DNA of 64,000 bases, taken from NCBI GenBank assembly GCA_964252035.1, contig OZ176203.1; one strand, 5' to 3'. This stretch comes from Podarcis erhardii (lineage: Eukaryota). The notes below the pieces were generated by a model. It was not told the DNA's origin. It searched no databases and saw only the letters and a list, made by a program, of their open reading frames with translations. This document shows, one piece after another, positions 50,624 through 63,255 of this stretch. The position numbers and the translations under genes are program-made. Each line of letters starts with the position of its first letter. Positions within the stretch are counted from its first letter, which is position 1.

Positions 50624-51934
50624 GTCCTTTATACCCCGCCCTCCCCAGCCAAGACCGGGGTCAGGGCAGCTAACAACGATAATAAAAGCAAGTTGATTGA
50701 AATGCAACTTAAAAAACAAGATTAAAATAAAAAAATCTTCCAGGTTTCACTCCTGCAGCCCATGTAAGCAAAAATACCTCATTTTTTTGTTTGGTTTTCG
50801 TTTACTTTTTATTTCTACTTTAGAACACATAGCAAGGATTTGGACCACATAGCTCTGGCACCAAAAGGTTAACAGGTTATGAAAATCACAGTACAGTTTT
50901 TAAAATTCTTCAGATAAGTCAATGATATTTAAAATGATAGCCACTTTTTTCTTTCTTTCTTTTTTATAGTAAAGATATAAATTAGAGGTCTGTAAACGAG
51001 TCGTGTTTACCTACAGAGCTATCAACTCGCAGCTACAATGAGAGCAGCAATAGAAAGTCAATGCTAAACTGAGCTAGGCCAGGAAACAAATTCTTAATCA
51101 ACAGTGTGATACAGGGAAATACGATAGGTCAAATTACAGTTTTGGCACCTTATGCTGAATGTCATCAATAATAAAAAATAAAGTAATAACCAGGCAGAAA
51201 TGAAATGAAATGAAATAAGTGCACTGTCTTGGAACCAAGATAAAACCAGCCATTTCTCAGGTTGTTTCTACAAGTGGACACTATGAAATTAACCACACCC
51301 TACACAAGTTGGACCTCAAAAACTACAGTTCTAGGAAAGCAGGAATATTAAAATGCACACCCACAAGGATATTAAAGTATAAATCGTCCCCCTTGACACC
51401 CCCCCATGCCCTGTTAGTAGAAATAATTTACAATCCACAAAGGGACTTCTGGGCAAATCATTAACTACAGACATTAATGGAATGTAGCTTAGACTTGTTT
51501 CATATAGAAAGGCAGCGTTACCCTGAAAAAAGTTTGGTCCTCTTTAAACTCATTGCAGTGCAGCCATTACAGACAGTCCCATGGTAGATGCTTTAAAGTA
51601 TTTCTTAAATATAGCTTAGAGACACTGGGGGGGGGGTTGGAGAGAGGGAAAATGGCCCCATTTAGGTTTGCTTGATCTTGGCAAGAGTCTGGAAGGACCA
51701 CGTAGCAAGAGGAGGAAATCAGGGCAAATCCTCGTTTGGTGATCTCACAGTATCTCATTTTGTGCAATTGTTACCGAAACTTTCCTTTCTGTTTTTCTTC
51801 CTCTTCTAACCCCGCCCTTTCTCTTTAGTACCACAGAAAACAAAACCCTCAGTTAATGACAGGAAAGACATTTCACTCTTTATTTACAAGAGAGTCACTT
51901 TGGCTAGAAGGTCCCAGCTCAGACAGAAACGTTT
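50488..51934 (-). other. GLRA2: Probable GLRA2 3' UTR (extent uncertain)
   Basis: Downstream of the stop codon. Minus-strand AATAAA candidates at 51879-51884 and 50488-50493. Confidence 0.4.
50558..50720 (-). mobile_element. Long (TAA)n tail plus L2-like/SINE 3' end
   Basis: About 60-bp TAA run followed by ataccccgccctccccagcc...cagggcagctaacaac. Confidence 0.6.
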
Positions 51935-52216
51935 CTAATCTTTGTGTATATCCTCGTGACGTATAATTTTGTACGTAATCCAGTAAAATATATTGAAGAT
52001 GAGAAAGGCCAGCGGGAACGCCGCTCGGGATATGGTGTCGATCCTTTTGGCACGGTCCACAAACCTCTTTTTGATGGAATCGGAATCCTTTGGCGGTGGG
52101 GGCGGGGGCGGGTTGGGAGGTGTGGCTTTGATGGCAGCGCCATCTTTCACCTGGAGGCAGTGACCCATCCCATAGCCGCCGAAGTTAAACCGGCTGTCGC
52201 GAGCAGCATCTTCATC
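51935..52216 (-). CDS. GLRA2: Glycine receptor alpha-2 terminal exon (end of TM3-4 loop, TM4, C-terminus)
   Basis: [12 protein letters not shown]...[42 protein letters not shown]. Acceptor ccctccag. Synteny with FANCB fits GLRA2. Confidence 0.95.
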   Translation of the reverse strand, partial: DEDAARDSRFNFGGYGMGHCLQVKDGAAIKATPPNPPPPPPPKDSDSIKKRFVDRAKRIDTISRAAFPLAFLIFNIFYWITYKIIRHEDIHKD

Positions 52217-52684
52217 CTGGAGGGTGAGCAATGGAAGGGAAAGGTGGTTAATCGTCTATGCAAATCTCATTTAAGTTTTTGCCCTTAGCTGTTGAGCAAG
52301 AGCTCTGTTCATAATGTTGCTTTCCAAATGGGCAGTGCCACAATATTTCCGACAAAAGAACACTTGGATATCCTCTAATTCTATCGATTTCCCAATGGAG
52401 TGGTGGACAGATGTCATGACCAGACCGTAGGACACGGCCTTGTCCCATTTAGTTCAGTACTGGCAGTGAACATACCCTTCAGCAAGTCCAGGCCAAAAAC
52501 TGTGATGCATGTCTTCTGAGCTGTGTTCCCAAGCAAGTCATGTGACCCGTGTGAAAGTACACATGTGTTTGGGGCCCTGTGCTCTCACATGTTTTTGAGT
52601 GCCATGCTTTCATGTGAGAGTACAGGGCCCCCAAACAGGATGTCCCAATTTAATTAGGGCAGTTGAGCGGTATCCATGAAAAGC

Positions 52685-52757
52685 ATTGGGAGACCTTGGG
52701 CCAGTCACTATCTGCCAGCCCAACCTACCTCGCATGGTTGCTGTGAAAATGAGATAA
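52685..52757 (+). mobile_element. CORE-SINE (MIR-like) fragment
   Basis: gaccttgggccagtcact...cagcccaacctacctcgcatggttgctgtga. Confidence 0.6.
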
Positions 52758-53230
52758 CTCCCCTTGTGTGACATATTAAGCTTCTCGAGGATGGATTATG
52801 AATAGCAGTTTTAGTATTATGCAAAACAACACTGGCTTCCTCAAAACAATCCTAAGAACTGTTATTCTGTAAAGCGTGCTAGGAAACTTGCTTTTAGAGG
52901 TTTCTATCTCTATCCCAACAACAGCCCCTTTGCAATGTCCTGTACTGACAAAATATGAAGCTGGTTTTCATTTCTGTTGCAGATCTGATCTGACATTTAG
53001 ACATCCCAACACAACTCTTTCACACATGTAATTTGCCTGACTAAACGTTGCTTGGATAGCTTGGGTGGTATTCAACTAAGTTTTACTCAGTGTGGGCTCG
53101 TTGAAATTAATGAGCACAACTAAGTTAGAGCCTGTCGTTTCAGTGGGTCTACTCTGAATAATACCATCCCTTTAGTAGTTCCACATAAATCTTCTGCATG
53201 CTTCTGTGTAAGTCTTCTATGAGTCTAAGT

Positions 53231-53366
53231 CAGGCTTCCTCAACCTCGGCCCTCCAGATGTTTTGAGACTGCAATTCCCATCATCCCTGACCACTGGTCC
53301 TGCTAGCTAGGGATCATGGGAGTTGTAGGCCAAAAACAACTGGAGGGCCGAGTTTGAGGAAGCCTG
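53231..53366. mobile_element. Palindromic hAT-type mini-MITE
   Basis: TIR CAGGCTTCCTCAA / TTGAGGAAGCCTG, perfect 8-bp TSD GTCTAAGT. Confidence 0.93.
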
Positions 53367-54509
53367 GTCTAAGTGCTCAGCACCCCAAAGAAAATAAAAT
53401 TATAAATTGGATGGATTTTCCCCCCCTTCCGAAAAGGTAGCTATTTGATTTATCTTCCTCACCAAGGGAAACATGCCCTGGTAAATTTGCAATGAACTGA
53501 GTTCCTTTTAAAACCTTTAATAGCACTTGCATAAGCATAGAGCGAAGCTGCGTTCCCAGGACGCTTTTCCTGTTCCTTAGTGCTGCACGCAGAAGCAATG
53601 CAAATCCAGGTCAGAAGGTTAATTAAAGGAGAACAGGTTCTCAGCAGCCACTGTTTTGTGTTTTAAATTTATTTGGAAACTCTCAAATATGCTAATAGCT
53701 TATTATAGGAGACGTTCATCTGGCTTGTTCAGATTTCCCCCAAAATAATGAGCTTCTGCTTTACACATGCCAGCCTGGAGTTCCTGATGAAGGAGGTGAC
53801 AGCAATTTAGAGAGACTTCCTTATGTGTGAGCCGCTCCCTCACACACCCTCACACTGTCTTGGGGAAACTACCGACTAATTCCTGTTGCTTGCCCTTTGC
53901 TTAGCACTGCAAGCTCTGGAAAGTGACCTTAATCTGACAGTTAAGAATAAATAACTTGCCTTGTTTATTTTTTTTTACTGGTGGGAGCTCGGATGGTCAT
54001 TGCTAAACAATGATAGTCATGTATAATAATGGTACATGGTACACAATAATGGTAGTCATGGTTCAATAATATCTGGGTTACAGTCCTGTCCAAACATCTT
54101 ACACAACACAGGCGGGTGGTGAGAGGCAAAGCGAATAAAGATTGGCTAGGAAGTGCGGTTTTAAATGTTTCCCTTTATTAATTAGGACTCAAAATTATCA
54201 GGCCCTCCCAAGATCCATGCTTCCCTATGTACGGGCTATACTGACCCATAATAATCATACAAATCTAGGAACAACTCTTTTATTATAATTCGATCATTTG
54301 CTGCGATCTAGTCTGACTCTGTATCAGGAATTCTATCATTTTTGTCTGCGGGTGGATTCTGCTATGCATGTATACTCAAGGTTGCTCTATTATATTTTTT
54401 GGAAATCAACAAAAATATTTTTTTTTAAGAGAAGAAACCTTCAAAACCCTTCCAGGGCCATAGGGTTGTTATGCTAATGTAATAGTTTTCTCCTACTGCC
54501 CCCCCCATT

Positions 54510-54780
54510 CTATTTATTTATTTATTTATGATTTTCTTGATTTACAAAAGTGTGTGCAATGTCTCTCTCTCACATTCCCCACCCCATGTAACATTTTTAC
54601 AAATCAGTTTCATTTGTTGAGACATTAGGAAGAAAAGGGGGAAAGAGGTGGAGTGGGGGGCGGAGATGGATGTCCCTCTCTCCAATCTGAGAATGGAAGT
54701 TTTGGCAAGGATATTGAGAATTATGTTACAGGTTCATATCCATCTCAAAGAAATACAGTTGCCAGGAGAAGAAACCGCTG
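54510..54780 (-). mobile_element. L1-type 3' end fragment
   Basis: (TTTA)n tail then gatttacaaaagtgtgtgcaatgtctc...tttcatttgttgagacattaggaagaaaaggggg, resembling recalled lacertid L1 3' UTR. Confidence 0.55.
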
Positions 54781-54831
54781 CTTCACTAGCTGTCGTACCC
54801 ATTATACAGAACGAGGTGCAAGACTAACATG

Positions 54832-55241
54832 CAGGGATGGTTACATATGTGACTTATGCTTTTTATCCATTTCTAATTTTTCCAGTCTTCAGTTCTGCAC
54901 ATTTCCACACACGTTTGTGAAATTTTAAAACAACCCTCATGAAAATTCACCAGCAACTTGGTACAAATTTCTCCTGATACATATCTGAATGCAATTTTGC
55001 CCAATAATTTTCTGTAACATAATGCATTTTTTTTGTATGTTAGTTTCACTAATGTAAACATTTTTAGGCATACTTGATCCTAGCACTCGCATTTTTGTAC
55101 ATGTTACTTGGGTGGTGAACTGCATTGCAAAATTCAGGTAATTTGAAGGATGGCTGTTTTTGCTTCCTGGAATGTTTCAGAAATGAATTAGGTAGGTTTG
55201 CCTTTAAACAGAAACCAAATTGATTTTCTCCTCCATCCCTA
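54832..55241. mobile_element. AT-rich MITE-like family member
   Basis: CAGGGATG...CATCCCTA ends, core shared with 40172-40524. Confidence 0.6.
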
Positions 55242-55959
55242 CTGACATGGGAGCATTCTAGACTATACCACCTCAGTAGAGGGGTTATTCTTTTTGAATC
55301 CTTGTTCACATTAAAAAATAAAAAAAAAATCACTATGGGTCTATGCTAAACCTTTCCAAATAAAAATACTGACCCCAATGTGGCAAAGTAGTTACATCAT
55401 GGAGAGACGTTTAGCATGTTTCCCCCCTCCCCCAACCAAAAGCATTCCAAAACATGACACCCACCCACACTCACCTGCAGTCTGAAGTGGTACAGTCCAG
55501 AATTCTACCACATCACTCTACCCACCACCTCATTCTGAATATGCAGATTGGCTCTTTAGCATAGATATGCCCTGAGGAGATGCTAAAAGAGGAGTGTGGG
55601 AGGAAAGTTCTGAGCTTTAAAAATGGCTTGTCAAGCAGATGAGGGATCTGTTGGGAGGAGACTCAGAAGCCACATCGTTCATGGAGGGCTTGCTATGCAG
55701 CCTTTTGGATCATGACCTATGACTGTGCCAGCTCCCTTTCCTCTACCAATCCCTGCTTTCTTTTTTTTAAAAAATAAATTATATGCATGTAGGGGGTTAA
55801 GAGATGTTGAGAGATTCTTATTTCCCTCACAGGGAGTCAGAAATTTGTGAACGGGCAACTCAGATATTTTCTTTGAGCAGCATGTGCACAAGCAATTGTA
55901 TGTGCATTAAAAACATATTATTTTGCTGGGGTGCACAGATTCAAAGACAATATAATGGG

Positions 55960-56020
55960 AGTGGATGGGGAAACCCAGCCAGATGGGTGGGGTATTATGA
56001 TTATAATTACGATTATTATT
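55960..56020 (+). mobile_element. Short L2 3' tail
   Basis: ggggaaacccagccagatgggtggggtat plus degenerate (ATT)n. Confidence 0.75.
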
Positions 56021-57792
56021 TAGAGCAAATATAAATTTTGTGGCTAGCCCACTGTCCTTCAAGAACACATACATGATAAGAAATAGGTCCTTGGGAAAAG
56101 GCCATTTCTTGCCTCCCTGCTGGCACTTGGCTAGGAAGTCCCTGAAAGCCTCCAAAATGGTATGTCTTGTCCTAATTATCCAAAATATGATGGGGAGGGG
56201 AAATAATGAATCCTTGCCCAGTAAGAATAGTGCAAACAAGTCCAGTGCCAACAATTCCTGCCCCCCCCAATCCCATCTGCCCTAAATATTAAACTCTATG
56301 CCAGTTTTAAATGAGCAGCTGTGGTAACACATGTTCAAGAGATAAGTGAGACTTGCTTTAGCTTTGAGACTTATCTCCAGCAAACTCCTAACATGTGTTT
56401 TCCTCCCAATTACCAACGCATCTTGCAGGAAGAAGGCTCATCAATGCAATTGATCGCTGCTGCCGCCTCAAGTCTGCAGATCACCTCCTGCTAATTTAAA
56501 TGAGGGTATTTCGAGCACTTTGGAGGATAATGCTGTGTGGGTGTCCTTCCTATTGCTAAATTGATATCTGCGTCTGGGAAATGCAGGCTTCAAGTAGGCA
56601 AAGATATACTGAAATAAATGTATGGAAAACACTTCGATAGTTATGTACAGACGGAGCACTGTTTCAGTTCAACTCATTTCAGTAGCTTTTATCGGTTTTG
56701 ATGCTTTTATCTTCACATGGCCCTTATAAAATTGGAAAGCAATTGGCTCTCAGACTCATCACATACACAAGCAACACACATAACCTGTCTGTTTTCATTG
56801 AAAGACTTTGAAACTGTTCCAAAAGGTGTGAGTTAAAAGCCTGTGAGACACAGGACATGATGAAGTGGCTAAATTTAACATGAAATTGCTCATCAACCTG
56901 GCTCATCAATTTAAACATGAAGCTCTCCTTAGCAGCCAGATATCCATCTTAGAGCTGTCCAGGCATGCCTGTTCATTCATGCCAAAGACAGGTAGAGGAG
57001 CTTCCATATTTCTGCCTGCAAATAAACTGTGCAGCTATATCAGAGTGGATCAGCCAATGCCTGAGAGAGAGAGGAGAAGCAGAGGGGTCGGGGAAGTTTT
57101 TGGAGCAGATTATAAAAAAGTGAAGAGGTTTTTCTTTTAAGGGAGGAAAAATTTGCACATTTAAATGAGCAACAGCCAAAGAAAAATTCATTTAGGCATT
57201 TACCACGGACCATGTACTGAGTCCCTGATCCACTACCTTTACATTAGGAAGAAACCAGCTTAAAGTAGAGGCCACTAGATTGGCACATTTTGTAATGCCT
57301 CCTTGTCAGTCGACAGTGATTGGATGAACATTGGCTCATCACAAGAGATTTCAAAGTTGCTTCCCATTAAGAACATAGACCTGGAAGTAATGCCAAGGTA
57401 TGATGTCAATCACAAAAGAGCTGTCCACAAGACCAGTGGTGTAGCATGGGTGTTTGTGTTTCTGTGTCACAGGGGTGGTTGCCCTGGGTGCAACATTGCA
57501 ACACTTGGTGCTGCCTCAATTCAGCTGCGTGCTGGGCTTCGTTGAAAACAGCTTCTCCATGTGAACTAGGACAAGACCTCTCCAGACAACGGAATGACTC
57601 TTCTTTTCTCATCTCTGCGGTTGCAATGTCTTGGGTGACACAGTTAGGCAGTTGAATGAGCATGCATACTCTATCCGTTTCCCTCCTTCCCACCCACCCC
57701 TCCGTGTGGCCCCAGGCACTGACAGCCCACACTACACCACTGCACAAGGCTGAAAGGTAAGCATACAAGCGAACCAGCTCGAATCAGCTGAG

Positions 57793-57816
57793 GTGTGTGT
57801 GTGTGTGTGTGTGTGT
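57793..57816. repeat. (GT)n microsatellite
   Basis: Direct inspection. Confidence 0.9.
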
Positions 57817-57864
57817 ATGCAAGCTGCCTTGAATCACATCAGGCAAAAAGGATGGGTAATATTT

Positions 57865-58074
57865 AGTGGTACCTTGGGTTACAGACGCTTCAGGTTACAG
57901 ACTCCGCTAACCCAGAAATAGTACCTCAGGTTAAGAACTTTGCTTCAGGATGAGAACAGAAATTGCACAGTGGCAGCGGGAGGCCCCATTAGCTAAAGTG
58001 GTACCTCAGGTTAAGAACAGTTTCAGGTTAAGAATGGATCTCCAGAACGAATTCAGTTCTTAACCCGAGGTACC
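57865..58074. mobile_element. Tc1/mariner-type MITE, subfamily A (termini eroded)
   Basis: agtggtaccttgggttacagacgc...taacccgaggtacc, matches the 31149 copy. Confidence 0.9.
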
Positions 58075-59194
58075 TAGAGTGTAGGATGACCACATCCATC
58101 ACTGGCATGTGACCCCCCCCGAGGGTTGACCAGCAGCCATTGGGCAAAAAAAGCTCAGCCAACTCTGACTAAACTTTGGTAGTGACTAAAGAGATAGCCT
58201 CATGTGGGCTTATCATCTGCGAACTCCGCCAGGATAACACATGAGAGAAACAGCAAATACCATACAGGAAGAGAATATGAATGCCAACTGTCACAAAGGA
58301 GCAAAACAAAACAAAACAAAAAACCCCAAGAAAATGAAGCAAGCAAATGTTTTGTGTGTTGTGTGCATCAAGACTAAACAGCGAGAGCCACAAGAGAGCT
58401 GGTGGAGATCAAAGGACAAACACAAAAGACAAGCAGCACAGAGAAGAATTACCAGCATCAGCCAACAATAAAATAAGAGCTTTGGGTAGCAGAGTAACTC
58501 AAAGTGGCATTTCATCTAGCTAAAGAAAAACCACCACAACCCTCTTCTTTCTATCAGCTTGCACATCTTTTGTTTGCAACAAGTAACCCAGGCATCGTTT
58601 TCTGGGTCAGTAAAGACGGCTTAACTCAAATGCCTAAAAGGTGCTCTCTTCTCCTTGGCCATAGGGTTACATTACTGATTGTCACCACACAGGTATAAGG
58701 AAGGTTGCAGCACAAATAACACAGTTTGTGTGTGTGTGGAATGGAGAGGGAGTCAGAAATTTCTGAACATGCTTCAGTGATTTGTTTCAGATGATTTGTT
58801 TCTTTGATGTTTCCGAACTAAGAGGATAATCTTGCCTAGAAAGAGGAGGGCGCGGGAAATATGTACTACATAAATAATTACATGTGGCATTTTATCTGCT
58901 ATTTTGTGTTTGTTATTTGTTGCTTGTTTTCTGTTTTTTACCTGTTTCTGTACTGAAATTATGTAGTTTCTATTTTTAATAGGGTTGGTCAGTTTGTTTG
59001 CTTTAAGAACCTATCTCACCTTATCATTCTAAAGTAATCTAACAAATAGACTTGTTGTTTTAATGTCTGGTGTTGGTATAGTGATCAGGTGCCAAAAGCT
59101 TTCTTAAGGCTGAGGATCAATTCAGATAGACTTTTCTGAGTTCACTATTTCACTGAGCCATTCTTTTCCTCTGAGGTCCTCAGGGTGACACATG

Positions 59195-59285
59195 TGGTCC
59201 ATTCCCTCCCCTTTATCAGCACAACAACCCAGTGAGGCAGGTTATGAGACAGACAGTAGCAGGATCAATTTCACCCATTGGGTAG
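59195..59285 (-). mobile_element. CORE-SINE (MIR-like) fragment
   Basis: tttatcagcacaacaacccagtgaggcaggtt. Confidence 0.5.
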
Positions 59286-59347
59286 TTGTTAAGCAGTCAG
59301 CTTCTACAGAAAGGCCAGTTCCCAAGCTTCCCTTGGTCACTGTAGAG

Positions 59348-59483
59348 AAGTGATGGCCAAACTTGGCCCTCCAGCTGTTTTGGGACTACAACTCCCATCA
59401 CCCCCAGCTAACAGGACAAGTTGTCAGGGATGATGGGAATTGTGGTCCCAAAACAGCTGGAGGGCCAAGTTTGGCCATCACTG
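59348..59483. mobile_element. Palindromic hAT-type mini-MITE
   Basis: TIR AGTGATGGCCAAACTTGGCCCTCCAGC, 8-bp TSD (C/A)TGTAGAG. Confidence 0.9.
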
Positions 59484-62400
59484 ATGTAGAGTGACCAAGA
59501 ATGGACACAGAACGGGACTATACAAATGGAAGGGGAAGAACATTATAGATGATATCAGACAAAATGGCACCCATTGAATGTCCTGAAACAAAGTAAACAG
59601 GTTGTAATATGGGACTCAGTTGGGGTGTGTTTGTGTGTGAGAGTGGGAGATGAATGAAGATTGTAGCTTTTAGTTTTCCTTACTTCCATCCCTACCTGCA
59701 GTTATTCTTCAAGTGTATCTACAACGAGGTTATCTCACTCAGTTTATCTTTGTTTTCCCACTCCTGCTTCTCAATCTGCCACATAGTGTTGTGAAAAATG
59801 ACACCCCCCCCCTTTTTCCTGCACATTGCGAGCTTCCCCCCTGGACCCAGCACTTTAAAGAGTAAAGTTAATTATGCCCCAGCCAATTTAAGAGAGGTGC
59901 TCAATAATTCATTAACCTCTGTGTTGCGTTGGCTTGCCTACATGTAAACAGCACCAATCTGGATTGGTTTTGCCATGCTGAAGAGACACAGCAGCTGCTG
60001 CGCAATCACACTCCCATTTCCAAGCTGCCTGATCTAACTCATTTGTAAAAGCAGGACACCGCTAAAAGGTGACATCCCTACCAAGGACTCTGGAGAGATA
60101 AACCTACTTCCCGCCTAGCAATGAATAATAGCATAGCACCACAGCCTGCTTCATTCCAGCCTGTATGTGGGGTCTTTTTAACCTTGGCATGCAATCTTGA
60201 GAGCAAGGTCCCATTTTAATATTGTAACAGTGCTTATTTCTGGCGGACGAGTTTTATCTACTGCTCTCAGATATGACACTAATGCCCACCGTTAATAAGT
60301 AATAATACTGTTAAGCTCGCCCCACTTCTCCAAGAGTTGAAAAGTTCCACTTGACCCAGGAGTGGTTTCCATTTTGTAGTTGAGCTTATTTACAAATATA
60401 CGGTCTGAGTATAGATGGAGGAACAGTTTAAACCTGCTAACAGACAGCCGATGCCCACTGCTCCCACAGCCAACACCATAAAATGTTCACAGAGCCCCAA
60501 TTTAGCTTTCCATGTTTGTTTTTCAGTCCAACTCAAGCTGGAATCTAGGTGTCTTTCATAGACACCTAGACTGCAACATCCTCAGCTCGGAGGTCTGCTG
60601 TTTGTCCATTTCATTTTCTAGCCATGGAACAAATTGCTGAACTATTAGCATTCATTTGCCAAGCCCCAAACTCCAGACAAGTATTGCTTCAGGGCAAGAC
60701 ACTCTCATGGCCCTTTGACAGTCCTTAACTGGACTCCAACCTTCTCTGGAAAGGACTCACATGCCTTGCTATATGCTAGTCCTCACAATTACTTGTTAAA
60801 ACACCCTCTTCTTGCACCCAGTTTCCACAGGAATGGTCTGTTCTGCTTCAGTGCCTGTACTTTGCTTTGTCATCAAAACATTCGCTAATAAAAAGATTAA
60901 TCTGCTTGCCAGCTGAGCATAGCCTCTCCTGCAGTGGTTCAGCATAGCAAAGAGAGAAGCTTGGCTGGCTGGCTGTCACCTGCTCATCAAATGAACCGGG
61001 CAAAAGAACCTTCTTTAGGCCAGATGCTGTCAGCTTTACAATCTCTTATTGTCTCTTTGCTAAATTAGGAAGTTGACTATAAAACCTACAGGGCTGAAGC
61101 TCTCCTTGTGGGAAACCACCTGTTAAAAATTACCAAGGGAAGTTTAGGGCAAACTCAAGGGGGATTTTCACCAAAGATCATCACTACAAGGATGTGCCAT
61201 TACAGGTGAAAGGACAATAAGCCTGGAGAAAGCAAAACATTCCATTGTAAGCTAGCAAATCCAAGTGTGTTTGGGGTTTTTTTTAATATAAAAAAGAACA
61301 TGCTTATAATCTGCAATATCCTTGCAGTCTAGTATATCTCTATGAAACATGGACTGCACTTTCCATTCTTAATAAGCAGTTCTTGTGGCAGATGAAGATT
61401 GCAGAGCACCAGGAGGCAACTCTGTTGCCACCAAGGAAAGCAGAGCATTAAAAATGAATGTGTGACTCATTCTAGTAAATGGGTCCATTCTATTAAGACA
61501 GCTGAGCAACAGTATATTGGGAAACAGCAGAACCTACCAAAAGAATGTGGCCAGCTTCCAGCCATCCTTGTGAGAAACACTAGTTTATCATCCTGAACGC
61601 ACTTGTGGGATAAATCAGTCTCATATAACCAACATGTTTAACTCTAATTAATGCATGAAGAGGTTACAGAGTAAGCTCTCCTGCCAGGCTTAGCTAGGTC
61701 ACACCCCTCACCTTGGGAGGAAGCATTCCCAAACACTTTGTTCATTTCTTTTCCAGCAGGTGAACCAACCCGCAAGCCAACTTTGTGTTTCTATACGTAT
61801 AATTTAGAAACATTTACCACTTTTTGTAACTTAAGTTAAACTGAATCTAATGTCAATAATTATTGTAGTGTAGTAAAAAGGTTGAAGGAAAAGACAAGTT
61901 TTTTTTAAAAAATAATAATAAGGAAGAGCAGAAATGCTAGAGGGAAGTGATTTTCATAGGAATGGGGCAGAAAGGAAGAAATGAATGAAGTAAGAAAGAA
62001 GAGGAGGGAGAGGTTTAAAAAAGAAACTCAGCATGAGTTATGGAAGAGTTCCCCAGGCTCATCTTGTAATCAGCGTAGTTTCCCCATTGCTTTTCTCTGT
62101 GGCTTTTCAGAAAAAGGTATAGCTTTTTCTAAGCGTTCTACATGAAAGCATTAGGGAGGCCTTCATAGGTGGTGGAAGCAGTTTATTAAGGATGAATTAG
62201 GGGAAGCCTGAACTCAGTGGACACACTAGGAAACTTACTCAGTAATATATGATGCCCAGGGCCTTGTAAGGGGTCACCTGGAATGTCACAGCAGTCCTCC
62301 ATTGCTGCTGGAGAGTCTGAGAAACGGGACTCCCATCACATCCTGGCTTAATCCATTAAGTGAAGGGTCCTTTTCAGCCTGAGGATTTCCTTCTAGGCAG

Positions 62401-63064
62401 CCTTCCAGGGTCCACATACCAGAAGTGGGAGGAGCCAGAAGCAAAAGTGGGTGGAGAAACACATTTTAATTTGCTCACACCTCCCTTTCTATCCTCCTCA
62501 TCTAGGCAAGCAAGAAGCATTATCAGAGTTCCAAGATACTGTTACACAGGTTGGACACCACCCCAATCTCTGCAGAGTGGTAGCAATATTCCAGGGGGTT
62601 CCAGGAGCCTGTGTTCCTTTGATTTATTCACATATTTACACCTGAATTTGGAGGGAGGGAGTCCAGATCTTACAGTGTGGCCATCTCAATGGTGGCTTCT
62701 TCCCCACAGCAGTGCAGCACTAGAATCCAAGGCATCCCTCCTAGCTTCCCTTCAGCCAGCCTGCCAAAATGATTCTGTCTTTGTTCTCCTTTCTCTTCGC
62801 AGCACACCTCTCACCTAAGCAACTCCTCTCCATCCATCTCATATCACAAGGCTAGGCTTTTAGAGACATATTTTTCCTGTGAGCACAGCCTGCTCCCTTG
62901 CCATCACCTTGGCAACCCATCTTTCACAGACCTGAGACCCTTCCTTTGATGCATTAAAGACCAGCAATCAGCAGCTTGATCTGTTAACATCTTTGCTCTT
63001 AACTAGCCAGGCTGGTCTAAATAAGCCAGCACAAGATTCCTTGCTGGGAGGAGCACAGAGAGGA

Positions 63065-63255
63065 GGAGCACAGAGAGAAACACCATGGTGCACAACCAGA
63101 CACCTTCATCTGCCCCAACTGCAACGAAACATCTCTCCCATATTGGTGGGTACAGCCACAGCAGGCGATGCAACTTTCCAACAGTTTGACTTCATCCACA
63201 ACAGTTTGACTTCATCCTCCATTGTCTCCCAAGACAGACGGATGCCAACAACAAG
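63065..63255 (+). mobile_element. RTE-clade LINE 3' fragment
   Basis: Encodes DTFICPNCN...HSRRCN (C-terminal Zn motif) followed by ccattgtctcccaagacagacggatgccaac. Confidence 0.8.

Noticed and set aside
50477-50725. Poly-Tyr / poly-Ile ORFs
   Set aside because: Translations of the (TAA)n tract.
53965-54400. Possible mitochondrial insertion (NUMT)
   Set aside because: No recognisable mitochondrial gene, tRNA or control-region conserved blocks.
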